Assembly (NCBI GenBank): GCA_902632555.1
Contig: CACPCZ010000004.1
Location: forward strand, 286 to 64,285
Direction: 5' to 3'
DNA: 64,000 nucleotides
DNA from: an uncultured SAR86 cluster bacterium
GTDB lineage: Bacteria > Pseudomonadota > Gammaproteobacteria > Magnimaribacterales > D2472
The translations under genes and the position numbers were made by a program. Positions 29,240 to 38,655 of this stretch are shown in pieces. The notes under the pieces were generated by a model that was not told where the DNA came from, did no database searches, and saw nothing but the letters and a program-made list of their open reading frames with translations. Numbering within the stretch: position 1 is the stretch's first letter; each line of letters begins with the position of its first letter.

Positions 29240-30004
29240 ATCAAAGTCTTTACCCAGACTTTCTCTTACTTTCTTTGTCCAGACTTCATATCCTTTTCTA
29301 TTCATGTGCAATCCATCCTCAATGAATAACTCTGGCATTCTTGTCCCATCCTGATTCAGCATAGGATCCCAAATATTAATATATTCTAAGTAAGCGTCAT
29401 CACTTGCGAGCAATTTTATTGAACTATTAAAAATTCTCTCTTCTTCATCAAGATAAATTCTATCAACAGTTGGTTTTATGCCAATTATATAAACTTTGAT
29501 GTTTTCAAATTCATTCCTAACAAGACCTAAGAATTTTTTGAAATCGTTTATAGTTTCTTCTGGAGTCTTTAATGCAGTTAGATCATTTGTTCCACAGAAA
29601 AAGACAATAGCCTTTGGATTATATGGCTTAACAATATCTTCAAAATGGTGAATTACATGAGAAATTTGTGCTCCTCCAAAACCACGATTTAAAACCTCAA
29701 GCGGTTTCATATCTTCATTTAAAGAATTCCAAAATCTAATACTTGAGCTCCCTATAAATAGAATTCTGCCTTTTCCAGGGAAATTTTCTTTATCAAGTTT
29801 CTTAAATTCATTTATTTCATCAATGAATGCGTTGTCTTTACTCCACTGCTGAATATATAAAGCCTCTTTTTTAACTTGAAAAGAAGACATCTCGACTCCA
29901 CTCTTATTTGCTTGGATTTTGACTCTGTCCTCTAATTCTGTAAGACCATCTGAGCAGCTTATTAAAATGAAAAAAGTAGATATGATTAAGAATTGTTTAT
30001 ACAT
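29234..30004 (-). CDS. SGNH/GDSL hydrolase family lipoprotein
   Basis: Lipobox ILISC. SGNH blocks: FIGSSS, GFGG, CGTND, DGLHMN. Confidence 0.7.
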   Translation of the reverse strand: MYKQFLIISTFFILISCSDGLTELEDRVKIQANKSGVEMSSFQVKKEALYIQQWSKDNAFIDEINEFKKLDKENFPGKGRILFIGSSSIRFWNSLNEDMKPLEVLNRGFGGAQISHVIHHFEDIVKPYNPKAIVFFCGTNDLTALKTPEETINDFKKFLGLVRNEFENIKVYIIGIKPTVDRIYLDEEERIFNSSIKLLASDDAYLEYINIWDPMLNQDGTRMPELFIEDGLHMNRKGYEVWTKKVRESLGKDFDL

Positions 30005-30010
30005 AAACTC

Positions 30011-31348
30011 TTATATTATTAGAATTGGAAATAGCATAACTGCAAAAAGAATAATAATTTGAATTAATATAAAAGGAACAACACCTCTATAAATTTCTCT
30101 AGTCTGTATGCTCTCATCTGCAACCCCTCTCAAGTAAAAAAGCGAAAATCCAAATGGCGGAGTTAAAAATGATGTTTGTAAGTTTATTGCAAATAAAATA
30201 GCGAGCCATACAGGATCAAAGCCCATCATCAAAAGAGGTGGAGCAACGAGTGGCACTATTACATAACAAATCTCAATAAAATCTAAAATAAAACCAAGTA
30301 AAAAAATAATGACCAAAACAAATATTAGAGCAGTAAATGATCCTCCAGGGAGAGAGTTAAAAATTAGATCAATTAACTCATCACCACCAACTCCTCTAAA
30401 TATCAATGAAAAAATTGAAGCACCAATAAGAATTGTGAAAATCATTGTTGAAACAACAGCAGTCTTCTCGGAAGTTTCTTTTATGAAATTTAAATTAACT
30501 TCTCTGTTAATTAATGCAATCAATAAAGCGCCAAATGCTCCAATTGCAGCCGCTTCTGTTGGCGTGGCTATACCTGCAAATATCGAGCCTAGAACTAAAA
30601 AAATCAAGACTATCGGAAGCGCTAGCGTTTTAAATAATTCAACTTTATCTATAGCTAATTCTGTTGAAGTATCTTTTATATTTGAATTATTTCTATTCTT
30701 ATAAAGTGTATAAATAAGATAACCAAAACAAATTAGAATTCCAGGAACAATAGCACCTATAAACAAATCTCCAACAGTTACGGTTTGCTGAGAAAATATG
30801 CCCATGTCATTTTGAGCTCTTTGGTAGGCATTTGACATAACATCGCCAAGTAAGACTAACGCTATAGAAGGTGGAATAATTTGTCCAAGTGTACCCGTTG
30901 AAGCTACCAATCCAGATGAAAAGTCTTTTTCATAACCTTGGTTAATGAGAATGGGTAATGACATTAATCCCATTGTTACAACTGTTGCTCCAACAATCCC
31001 AGTACTTGCAGCAAGCAAAGCACCAACAATTATTATAGATATAGATAAACCACCTTTAGTACCTTTAAAAGCTTGAGCCATATTCTCAAGCATTTTTGCT
31101 GCTATACCTGATTTTTCAAGTATTGTTCCCATAAAAATGAATAGTGGTACTGCAAGAAGAGTAACATTATTCATAATTCCAAATATTCTTATAGGAATGC
31201 TTTTAAATATTGTTGGATCAAAGACCCCGAAAGGAATACATATAAGAGCAAACAAAATTGATATACCGGCCAAAGTCAATGCAACCGGATAACCAATCAA
31301 TAAAGCAACACAAATTAATAAAAGAAGTAAAAGTGGAATTATTTCCAT
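30011..31348 (-). CDS. dctM: TRAP transporter large permease
   Basis: 445-aa polytopic membrane protein with a typical DctM pattern. Overlaps the dctQ stop. Confidence 0.85.
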   Translation of the reverse strand: MEIIPLLLLLLICVALLIGYPVALTLAGISILFALICIPFGVFDPTIFKSIPIRIFGIMNNVTLLAVPLFIFMGTILEKSGIAAKMLENMAQAFKGTKGGLSISIIIVGALLAASTGIVGATVVTMGLMSLPILINQGYEKDFSSGLVASTGTLGQIIPPSIALVLLGDVMSNAYQRAQNDMGIFSQQTVTVGDLFIGAIVPGILICFGYLIYTLYKNRNNSNIKDTSTELAIDKVELFKTLALPIVLIFLVLGSIFAGIATPTEAAAIGAFGALLIALINREVNLNFIKETSEKTAVVSTMIFTILIGASIFSLIFRGVGGDELIDLIFNSLPGGSFTALIFVLVIIFLLGFILDFIEICYVIVPLVAPPLLMMGFDPVWLAILFAINLQTSFLTPPFGFSLFYLRGVADESIQTREIYRGVVPFILIQIIILFAVMLFPILII

Positions 31349-31848
31349 TTTTTATTCAAAAGTTGATAAACGAAAGTCATCATTAGCGTTATAGGGAATA
31401 AAATAATTAAACTTTTTTGAACATAAACAAACTTTAAACCTCCAGCTTCTGTAGAAGCTTCTTTAATTTTCCAAGACATTTCTATTAACTCTAAAGAGTA
31501 AAAGCCAATTACAAAACAAACCGGGATTAAAAATAAAAAACTTAAGATAAAGTTTGTATTCTGTTTATAAGCGCTCCTAGACTCTCTATAAAAAATATCT
31601 ACCCTTACATGTTCGTCTTTGAGGTGCACATAGCCAGCACAACCAAGAAATATTAGCGCATGAATATACATTACAAGTTCTTGTATACCAGTCAGGCCTA
31701 TCCCAAAGAAATATCTTGCAACAATTACAGCTATCATTAACAAAGTCATGACAGGAATCATTAGCGATATTAACTTACCTATAAAAATTATAGTTTTTTC
31801 AAAATACATTCTTGAATAAGCCTCCATGTATTCGTAAAATACAGCCAT
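31339..31848 (-). CDS. dctQ: TRAP transporter small permease
   Basis: 4-TM ORF of about 160 aa directly upstream of dctM. The start may be an internal Met (31809). Confidence 0.7.
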   Translation of the reverse strand: MAVFYEYMEAYSRMYFEKTIIFIGKLISLMIPVMTLLMIAVIVARYFFGIGLTGIQELVMYIHALIFLGCAGYVHLKDEHVRVDIFYRESRSAYKQNTNFILSFLFLIPVCFVIGFYSLELIEMSWKIKEASTEAGGLKFVYVQKSLIILFPITLMMTFVYQLLNKKWK

Positions 31849-32617
31849 GATTATAGTACTTTCTCCAGCAAAAACACTTGATTACGAATTTGATGTTAAT
31901 TCTGAGCACTCTGTTCCAGCTTTTCTTGGGCAATCTTCTAAATTAATTTCTGAACTTAAGAAAAAAGAACCTAAAGATATTGCATCGTTAATGGGGCTGA
32001 GTGATAAATTAGCAACTCTTAATTATGATAGGTATCAGTCTTGGTCTCCGTCAAAGAAATTATCTTATGACTCAAAACCATCTATGCTAGTGTTTAAAGG
32101 TGATGTTTATCAAGGCCTTCAAGCCGAAAACCTTACCAAATCTCAAATGAATTTTGCACAGAAACACATCAGAATTCTTTCTGGTCTCTATGGTATTTTG
32201 AGACCCCTTGATGTCATGAAGCCATATAGGCTTGAAATGGGAACAAAACTTCAAACCACAAGCGGTAAAAATCTCTACGAATTCTGGGGAGATAAAATTC
32301 AGAAAAATGTATTAAATGAGTTGAAAGACCAAAAATCTGACTTACTTATCAACCTTGCATCAAAAGAGTATTTCTCAGTTCTAGGAAAAATGCCAGAAGA
32401 TGTGAATGTTGTCACACCAACTTTCAAAGATTATAAAAATGGCAAATACAAGATAATTAGTTTTTATGCTAAAAAAGCCAGAGGCGTTATGGCCAGATGG
32501 ATAATCGAAAACAAGATTAAAGATTTTGAAAACCTATCTAGTTTTAATGTAGATGGTTATAAATACTCTAAATCTGAGTCAACAACTACATCGCCAGTTT
32601 TCTTAAGAAAACCCTAA
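31847..32617 (+). CDS. yaaA: Peroxide stress protein YaaA (DUF328)
   Basis: N-terminus MIIVLSPAKTLD and RILSGLYG(I/L)LRPLD are typical of YaaA. Confidence 0.85.
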   Translation: MIIVLSPAKTLDYEFDVNSEHSVPAFLGQSSKLISELKKKEPKDIASLMGLSDKLATLNYDRYQSWSPSKKLSYDSKPSMLVFKGDVYQGLQAENLTKSQMNFAQKHIRILSGLYGILRPLDVMKPYRLEMGTKLQTTSGKNLYEFWGDKIQKNVLNELKDQKSDLLINLASKEYFSVLGKMPEDVNVVTPTFKDYKNGKYKIISFYAKKARGVMARWIIENKIKDFENLSSFNVDGYKYSKSESTTTSPVFLRKP

Positions 32618-33480
32618 GAGTCTGATTCGTTAAACTTTCTTACTTTTACTAACTCGTTGAAAGATGCCTCTCTTTTTTCCATATTAGCTGTCATCTGCTC
32701 GGCCATATCTTTTTGACTTAACATAGCGCCGCTCCATAAGGCATTATATTCAAGACTATCTTGTACGTTATGATCTCTAGAATAATTCATTACTGCCTTA
32801 AGGCCATATATTGCGACTGGAGATTTTGAAGCAATCTCTTTTGCAAGCTTATTTGCTGCATTGAGCAATTCTTCATGAGATTCGAACTTATCGCTAATCA
32901 ATCCAGCTTCTTTTGCTTCATCGGCATACATCCTTCTGCCTGTATAAGCCATTTCCCGCATTTTAGAATCTGGGATGATTTTAGGAAGTCTTTGAAGTGT
33001 TCCTACATCTGCTGCCATACCAATGTTTATTTCTTGAATACAAAAAAATGCATCATCAGAAGCAAGTCTTATATCGCAAGCAGTCACCATGTCTACTGCG
33101 CCTCCGATGCAGCCTCCTTGAATTGCAGCTATGACCGGAACTCTAATTTTTTCCAAGGTAGTGATATATTCTTGAAGTTCCTTAGCAACTCTGTATAAAG
33201 CTTCACCAACTCGTGCGTGATCAGGTTTTTTATCATCAGGTATGTTTTCAACACCATTTGAAAAAGCATTTAAATCCATGCCTGCACAAAAATGTTTACC
33301 TGTTGATGACATTACAACGACTCTTACATCTGAGTCCCTATTTATGTCTTCTAAAATTCCTCCTAATTCAACCCAGAAATCTCTGGACATTGTATTGAGT
33401 TCATTTGGTCTTGTTAAAACAAGATTTGCAACGTGATCTGCTACTTTCAATTCGAAGCATTTATATTCTTTATTACTCAT
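32614..33480 (-). CDS. Enoyl-CoA hydratase family protein (dienoyl-CoA isomerase-like)
   Basis: Crotonase motifs FCAGMDL and PVIAAIQGGCIGGAVDM. Confidence 0.8.
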   Translation of the reverse strand: MSNKEYKCFELKVADHVANLVLTRPNELNTMSRDFWVELGGILEDINRDSDVRVVVMSSTGKHFCAGMDLNAFSNGVENIPDDKKPDHARVGEALYRVAKELQEYITTLEKIRVPVIAAIQGGCIGGAVDMVTACDIRLASDDAFFCIQEINIGMAADVGTLQRLPKIIPDSKMREMAYTGRRMYADEAKEAGLISDKFESHEELLNAANKLAKEIASKSPVAIYGLKAVMNYSRDHNVQDSLEYNALWSGAMLSQKDMAEQMTANMEKREASFNELVKVRKFNESDS

Positions 33481-33638
33481 GATTTGTTCACCATATCTAT
33501 AGACTCATTTACAATTGTTCTCATTTTTTCAACATGTTCAAATGTTTTATGATGAGATAGCACTACTTTTCTTTCCTCGCTCAGAAGAATAAGCATTTTT
33601 TTTAATCGTTCTAAGTTTTCTAAAACTCTATTATCCAT
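33477..33638 (-). CDS. Unlisted 53-aa ORF translationally coupled to the hydratase gene
   Basis: My own translation: MDNRVLENLERLKKMLILLSEERKVVLSHHKTFEHVEKMRTIVNESIDMVNKS. Its TGA overlaps the downstream ATG (ATGA). It is below the ORF-track length cut-off. Confidence 0.35.
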   Translation of the reverse strand: MDNRVLENLERLKKMLILLSEERKVVLSHHKTFEHVEKMRTIVNESIDMVNKS

Positions 33639-33670
33639 AAGTTTAATAATTAATTTAATTGTATTGATAA

Positions 33671-33684
33671 AGCATTATAATGCT
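33671..33684. promoter_or_regulatory. Perfect 14-bp palindrome AGCATTATAATGCT (candidate operator or bidirectional -10)
   Basis: Read directly. TATAAT can be read on both strands. It lies 9 nt upstream of ATG 33693. Confidence 0.3.
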
Positions 33685-33692
33685 CTTGGAAT

Positions 33693-34517
33693 ATGAAATC
33701 ACTAAGACATATATTTTTATTATTATTTATCGCATTTACCGGAGACTCCTTTGCTTCCAAAGATGATAAAGCATTTCAAGAACAGTCAATGTTATCTGTT
33801 TTGTATGTTCAGACAGCTACTGAGTTTGCTGCAAATAATATTCAGACATATACAAATGCAAAAGACGCACTACTGAAAGGGCTTGAAGATAGTTCATGGA
33901 CAGCTGCACTTGAACAAGTGGATAATTTTGAAAATAAATCTCCTGCGATAATTCTCGATGTTGATGAAACAGTTTTAGATAACTCTAATTTTCAAGCTAG
34001 AACAATCTTGAGCGGCTTGTCTTATCCAAATGGATGGTCTGAATGGGTAAATGAATCAAACGCTGGTGCAGTGGAGGGAGTATATGATTTTCTTCATTTC
34101 GCAGATAAAAAAGGAGTCAAAATATATTATTTAACGAACAGGCTGGAATCCTTCAGAGAGGCAACAAAAAAAAATATTCTTAAGTTAGGCCTTCCATTTG
34201 AAGATGATGAGGTCTTACTAATGAGAAGCGAAGAAAATTTAAGAGATAAAACAGATAGAAGAAAAAAAATAGCCAATGAAAACAGAATTGTTTTAATTAT
34301 TGGAGATCAGTTAACTGATTTCATATCGACCAAAGAAGCATATGTTTTTCATACTAAGCGAAAAAAACTTGCTAAAAAATATTCTGATTTATGGGGCACA
34401 AAATGGTTTTTAATCACAAACCCGACATATGGCAGATGGGAACTATCGATATATGAGAATTATCCAAGCTCAGAAGAAGAAGCTATCGAAACAAGAAAAA
34501 ACACACTTATCCAATAG
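33693..34517 (+). CDS. Secreted acid phosphatase / 5'-nucleotidase, HAD subfamily IIIB (e(P4)-like)
   Basis: Signal peptide. DDDD-type motifs ILDVDETVLDN and IGDQLTDF. Confidence 0.75.
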   Translation: MKSLRHIFLLLFIAFTGDSFASKDDKAFQEQSMLSVLYVQTATEFAANNIQTYTNAKDALLKGLEDSSWTAALEQVDNFENKSPAIILDVDETVLDNSNFQARTILSGLSYPNGWSEWVNESNAGAVEGVYDFLHFADKKGVKIYYLTNRLESFREATKKNILKLGLPFEDDEVLLMRSEENLRDKTDRRKKIANENRIVLIIGDQLTDFISTKEAYVFHTKRKKLAKKYSDLWGTKWFLITNPTYGRWELSIYENYPSSEEEAIETRKNTLIQ

Positions 34518-34523
34518 TATTTA

Positions 34524-35663
34524 ATGAAAAATACCTATCTTTTAATTTTTATATTTTTATTTGGTTGCTCAAACTCCGAATTTGAATCATTGCCTATTGG
34601 CTCTTCAGAGACTGAATATCTAAACATAATAGATTTTCCTAATAATCAAAAACCTAAAAATATAGTCTTTGTAGTTGGAGACGGAACTGGCATTAATCAG
34701 ATTGCCTTATCAAGAATTGTGAAAGGAGGGCCAGACCATAAATTAGCTATTGATCAGTTACCTATTAATGGAATTTCATTAACCCATCCATATGGAAATT
34801 TAATTACTGATTCTGCTGCTGCAGCAACAGCTTGGGCAACAGGCAAAAAAACAAAAAATAAGTACCTATCTATTGACCAGGAAAAAAATATTTTAAAAAC
34901 CCTGCCCGAAATGCTTTATGAGAAAGGATACATTTCTGGAATAGTTGCAACTTCATCAATTACACACGCAACTCCAGCAGCATTTTTTGCACATATTGAC
35001 TCCAGATACAAAGAAAAAGAGATAGCTAATCAATTTTTAAATTCACCTATTAATATCGGCTTAGGTGGCGGTGTAGAGTTTTTTGATATAGAAAAAGCTT
35101 CTAAATCACATGTGCTTTTGGATAGAAAAGAGTTATTAGATTTAGATTTTAGAAGTGATAAGAAAATCTTAGGACTATTTGATGAAGATGGTATTGTAAG
35201 GTCAGAAGAAAAGCCAACACAAAGACAAATGACAGCTTTTGCTCTGAAGCATCTGAGTAAAGACATAGATGTTTGCACCGGCTTCTTCTTAATGACCGAA
35301 GGAAGTCAGATTGATTGGGCCGCTCATGACAATAATGCAAAAAAAATGCTAATTGAATTTGATGACTTTGATAATACCGTTAAAGACTTAATTAATTTCG
35401 TAACAAAAGATAAAAATACCTTGCTTATTATTACCGCTGATCATGAGACTGGAGGACTTCAAATAATGAAGCAAAAAAATAAGAATGTTCTTATTAAGTG
35501 GGGTACTGGAAGTCATACCGGCACTCCTGTTGGCGTTTATGCCTACGGACCGGGGGCACACAAATTTTCAGATTTAATGGATAATACTGACATTTACTAC
35601 AAGATTTTAGATTTGATCGGTTACGATAATTTAAATGAATCAATTTGCGAGCTATATCAATGA
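34524..35663 (+). CDS. Alkaline phosphatase (PhoA family) lipoprotein
   Basis: Lipobox LFGCS. VGDGTG, the active-site TDSAAAATA and DWAAHDN, ADHETGG. Confidence 0.85.
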   Translation: MKNTYLLIFIFLFGCSNSEFESLPIGSSETEYLNIIDFPNNQKPKNIVFVVGDGTGINQIALSRIVKGGPDHKLAIDQLPINGISLTHPYGNLITDSAAAATAWATGKKTKNKYLSIDQEKNILKTLPEMLYEKGYISGIVATSSITHATPAAFFAHIDSRYKEKEIANQFLNSPINIGLGGGVEFFDIEKASKSHVLLDRKELLDLDFRSDKKILGLFDEDGIVRSEEKPTQRQMTAFALKHLSKDIDVCTGFFLMTEGSQIDWAAHDNNAKKMLIEFDDFDNTVKDLINFVTKDKNTLLIITADHETGGLQIMKQKNKNVLIKWGTGSHTGTPVGVYAYGPGAHKFSDLMDNTDIYYKILDLIGYDNLNESICELYQ

Positions 35664-36475
35664 AATTTTCTGAAGAATTTGTTCAATCAACAAGAGATTC
35701 TTTAATTGAATGCGTGGATTCAGCCTCAGAAGAAATTATTAAAATATATAGAAGTGACAATTTTGAAAAAACTAACAAAAAAGATGGATCGCCACTCACA
35801 TCAGCTGATAAAGCTTCAAATGAAATTATCCTAGATCGATTAAAGAAAATAACTCCATCAATTAAAATTATTTCTGAAGAAACGTTTGAAACATCTCTTC
35901 TCAAAGAACTACCTGAGATATATTGGTTAGTTGATCCTCTTGATGGAACAAGAGAATTTATCAATCAAACGGATGAATTCACTGTAAATATAGCATTGAT
36001 TGAGAATGGGAGAGTTGTTTATGGGATTGTAGGAGCCCCAATTCAAAATAAGACTTGGCTCGGATCAATATTTCATAAGGAAATGCAAGATAATAATACT
36101 CCAGATGTTGTCAGAATAGTTATGAGCAAGAGTCACAAAAGCAGTAACGATGAATTATTTTTGGAATTTCTAGAGAAAAGTAATGTTAAATATGAAATCG
36201 TAGAAAAGGGCAGCTCTTTAAAGCTATGCACCTTATCAGATAATGAAGCAGATATTTATCCAAGATTTGGTCCAACATCTGAATGGGATATCGCTGCAGC
36301 TCATGCTGTTTTAAATTCTCGTGGGGGTAGTGTTATAAATATTGAGAATTCATTAGAACTTTCGTATTCAAAAACTAATTCGATCTTAAATCCTTACTTT
36401 ATTTGCACTAGAAATGATGCAATAAAAGACACTTTTATGCCAATGTTAGGAGATTTTTTAAAAAAATTGGTATAA
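35660..36475 (+). CDS. cysQ: 3'(2'),5'-bisphosphate nucleotidase
   Basis: ATGA overlap with the upstream stop. IMPase motifs WLVDPLDGTREF and EWDIAAAHAVL. Confidence 0.8.
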   Translation: MKFSEEFVQSTRDSLIECVDSASEEIIKIYRSDNFEKTNKKDGSPLTSADKASNEIILDRLKKITPSIKIISEETFETSLLKELPEIYWLVDPLDGTREFINQTDEFTVNIALIENGRVVYGIVGAPIQNKTWLGSIFHKEMQDNNTPDVVRIVMSKSHKSSNDELFLEFLEKSNVKYEIVEKGSSLKLCTLSDNEADIYPRFGPTSEWDIAAAHAVLNSRGGSVINIENSLELSYSKTNSILNPYFICTRNDAIKDTFMPMLGDFLKKLV

Positions 36476-36529
36476 TTTTCATATAAACATAATTAATTGA
36501 TATAATTGATTATAAACTAAATTTATAAT

Positions 36530-37390
36530 ATGGGCACACAGTTACAACCTTCACAGCTTAATAGTCCAGGAAAAGATATAGAGTCTTATCTTTCTTCTGT
36601 TCATGCTATACCCATTCTTACAAAAGAGCAGGAACAAGAACTTGCACTCAAGTTATATGAAGAAGATGACTTAGATGCTGCAAGACAGCTTGTGATTCAT
36701 CACCTGAGATTTGTAGTTCATATTGCGAGATCTTACCAAGGTTACGGCTTGCCCCTGGGGGATATTATTCAAGAAGGAAATGTTGGTTTAATGAAAGCTG
36801 TTGATAAATATGATCCTCATAGAGGAGTAAAGCTTGTTTCTTTTGCAGTCCATTGGATTAAAGCTGAAATTCATGAATATATCCTTAAAAATTGGAGGCT
36901 CGTTAAGATTGCAACAACTAAAGCTCAAAGAAAGTTATTTTTTAATCTTAGAGGTAAGAAAAAAAGTTTAGATTGGCTTACAAAAGAGGAAGCTGAAAGT
37001 ATTGCCTCCGACCTGAATGTTGACGTGAAAGATGTTTTACATATGGAAAATAGGCTTTCTTCGAATGATTCTTCGTTTGATGCCCCAGTTCCGATGGGAG
37101 ACGATGAAGAGATAATGTCTCCCTCTCAATACTTAGAGGACAAAAGATATGATCCTGAAGTCATAGTAGCAAATGAGCAAGCAGAACAAGTTAATAGAAG
37201 TGAATTAGTTGAAGCACTAAAAATGCTGGATGACAGAAGCAAAGATATCCTACAAAGAAGATATTTATCTGACCAAAAAGCAACACTTCACGATTTGGCA
37301 GACGAATATGAAGTTTCTGCAGAGAGAATTAGACAAATCGAAAATAGCGCACTTAAAAAACTTAAATCTTTAATGGTTGATTTTGCCTAA
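36530..37390 (+). CDS. rpoH: RNA polymerase sigma-32 factor
   Basis: Sigma-70 region 2 (IQEGNVGLMKAVDKYDP) plus the RpoH box QRKLFFNLR. Confidence 0.9.
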   Translation: MGTQLQPSQLNSPGKDIESYLSSVHAIPILTKEQEQELALKLYEEDDLDAARQLVIHHLRFVVHIARSYQGYGLPLGDIIQEGNVGLMKAVDKYDPHRGVKLVSFAVHWIKAEIHEYILKNWRLVKIATTKAQRKLFFNLRGKKKSLDWLTKEEAESIASDLNVDVKDVLHMENRLSSNDSSFDAPVPMGDDEEIMSPSQYLEDKRYDPEVIVANEQAEQVNRSELVEALKMLDDRSKDILQRRYLSDQKATLHDLADEYEVSAERIRQIENSALKKLKSLMVDFA

Positions 37391-37402
37391 ATCATCCTCT
37401 AG

Positions 37403-38041
37403 ATGCGCCTGAAATTTTTACCATCTTTTGTAAAAAGAAAAGGTAGAATCACCAACCGACAATCCCAAGGCTTAAAAAACAAAGATAATTTTCTTATTTT
37501 AAATATCGATGATATTAAATTATTAAATAAAAAATACTCATCTTGCCATTTAGAAATTGGTTTTGGAAATGCTGAAAATCTTTGCTCGCAGGCAAAATCA
37601 AATCCTGACATCTTGTATGTAGGCTGTGAAGTTTATCAGTCCGGCATAGGCTCATTATTAGCCTCTATTAAAGAAGATAAAATTAAAAATATACGAATAT
37701 TTGACAATGATATTAGGTTATTAATTGATGAAAAAGACGATAAAGTATTTGATAGAGTAATTATAATTTGTCCTGATCCGTGGCCAAAAGACAAACATCA
37801 CAAGAGAAGGCTTATAAATCATGATTTTCTTTCAATGATTTCAAAAACTATGAAAGAGGGTTCCGAAATATATATATCCACTGATTGGGAGGATTATGCA
37901 AATGATATTAGGGATTTGTTTTTAAGGACTAACTTTTTTATTCAAGCAAAGTTAAAGAATAAAAAAACATTTTCAAAATTTGAAAGAAGAGGTAAAAGAG
38001 ATGGTAGAACTATTTTTGAGTTTAGGTATCTAAAAAACTAA
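37403..38041 (+). CDS. trmB: tRNA (guanine-N7)-methyltransferase
   Basis: EIGFGNAE SAM motif and CPDPWPKDKHHKRR. Confidence 0.8.
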   Translation: MRLKFLPSFVKRKGRITNRQSQGLKNKDNFLILNIDDIKLLNKKYSSCHLEIGFGNAENLCSQAKSNPDILYVGCEVYQSGIGSLLASIKEDKIKNIRIFDNDIRLLIDEKDDKVFDRVIIICPDPWPKDKHHKRRLINHDFLSMISKTMKEGSEIYISTDWEDYANDIRDLFLRTNFFIQAKLKNKKTFSKFERRGKRDGRTIFEFRYLKN

Positions 38042-38655
38042 TACTTAAATTTTCTTATGAATTTTTTTACGGCTATAGCTCTATGACTTATGGTATTTTT
38101 TAACTTGGGATCAATCTCAGCCATTGAGCATTTATATTCATCAAGATAAAAAATCTTATCATATCCAAATCCACCCGATCCTAAACTAGTAGTTGAGACT
38201 TTGCCGTGTATGGTCCCAAAAGATATCAGAGGCATAGGATCATTATGATGTTTTACTCCAACTAAGCAACAAACATAATACGCATCAAGACTGCTCACTG
38301 AAAGATCGTTTAATTTTTGAATTAATTTGTCTCTATTTTCTTTATCAGATGCATTTGAACCAGCATATCTTGCAGAATATATTCCTGGTTCAAAGTTTAA
38401 TTCTGGAACAACTAAGCCAGAATCGTCAGCGATAGTATATTTACCAGAATGAAGCGAGCCATGTTTGGCTTTTATTAAAGCATTTTCTAAAAAAGAAGTT
38501 CCATCCTCTATTGCATCCTCAATATCAAAGTCATGAAGGGAAACAACATTATAATCCTTCAGAAGATTTTTAAATTCTCTAATTTTTCCAATATTTGATG
38601 AAGCAATCAGAATATCTTTATTCTTTTTCAAGCAGATAAACTCCTTCTGTAGCAA
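38038..38655 (-). CDS. rdgB: dITP/XTP pyrophosphatase (HAM1/RdgB family)
   Basis: ASSNIGKIREF, DDSGL and FGYDKIF motifs. An alternative TTG start at 38631 is preceded by AAGGAG. Confidence 0.8.
   Translation of the reverse strand: MLQKEFICLKKNKDILIASSNIGKIREFKNLLKDYNVVSLHDFDIEDAIEDGTSFLENALIKAKHGSLHSGKYTIADDSGLVVPELNFEPGIYSARYAGSNASDKENRDKLIQKLNDLSVSSLDAYYVCCLVGVKHHNDPMPLISFGTIHGKVSTTSLGSGGFGYDKIFYLDEYKCSMAEIDPKLKNTISHRAIAVKKFIRKFKY

Noticed and set aside
31846-31849. Divergent dctQ and yaaA start codons overlapping in the palindrome CATG.
   Set aside because: This is probably an artefact of taking the longest dctQ ORF. Internal Met codons (for example at 31809, MYFEKTIIFIGK) give a more typical DctQ N-terminus and leave a spacer of about 38 nt.
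34166-34174. An A9 homopolymer (and further A8-A9 runs nearby and at 42247-42256) as possible slipped-strand phase-variation tracts.
   Set aside because: The runs encode Lys-rich segments (AAA codons) in an AT-rich genome and the reading frames are intact. There is no evidence of variable length from a single sequence.
36471-36529. Three TATAAT hexamers and an AATTGAT(A/T)T direct repeat upstream of rpoH, as a complex promoter or thermosensor.
   Set aside because: TATAAT is expected by chance in this composition and I found no convincing -35 partners. The known rpoH thermosensor involves coding-region structure that I cannot evaluate by eye.
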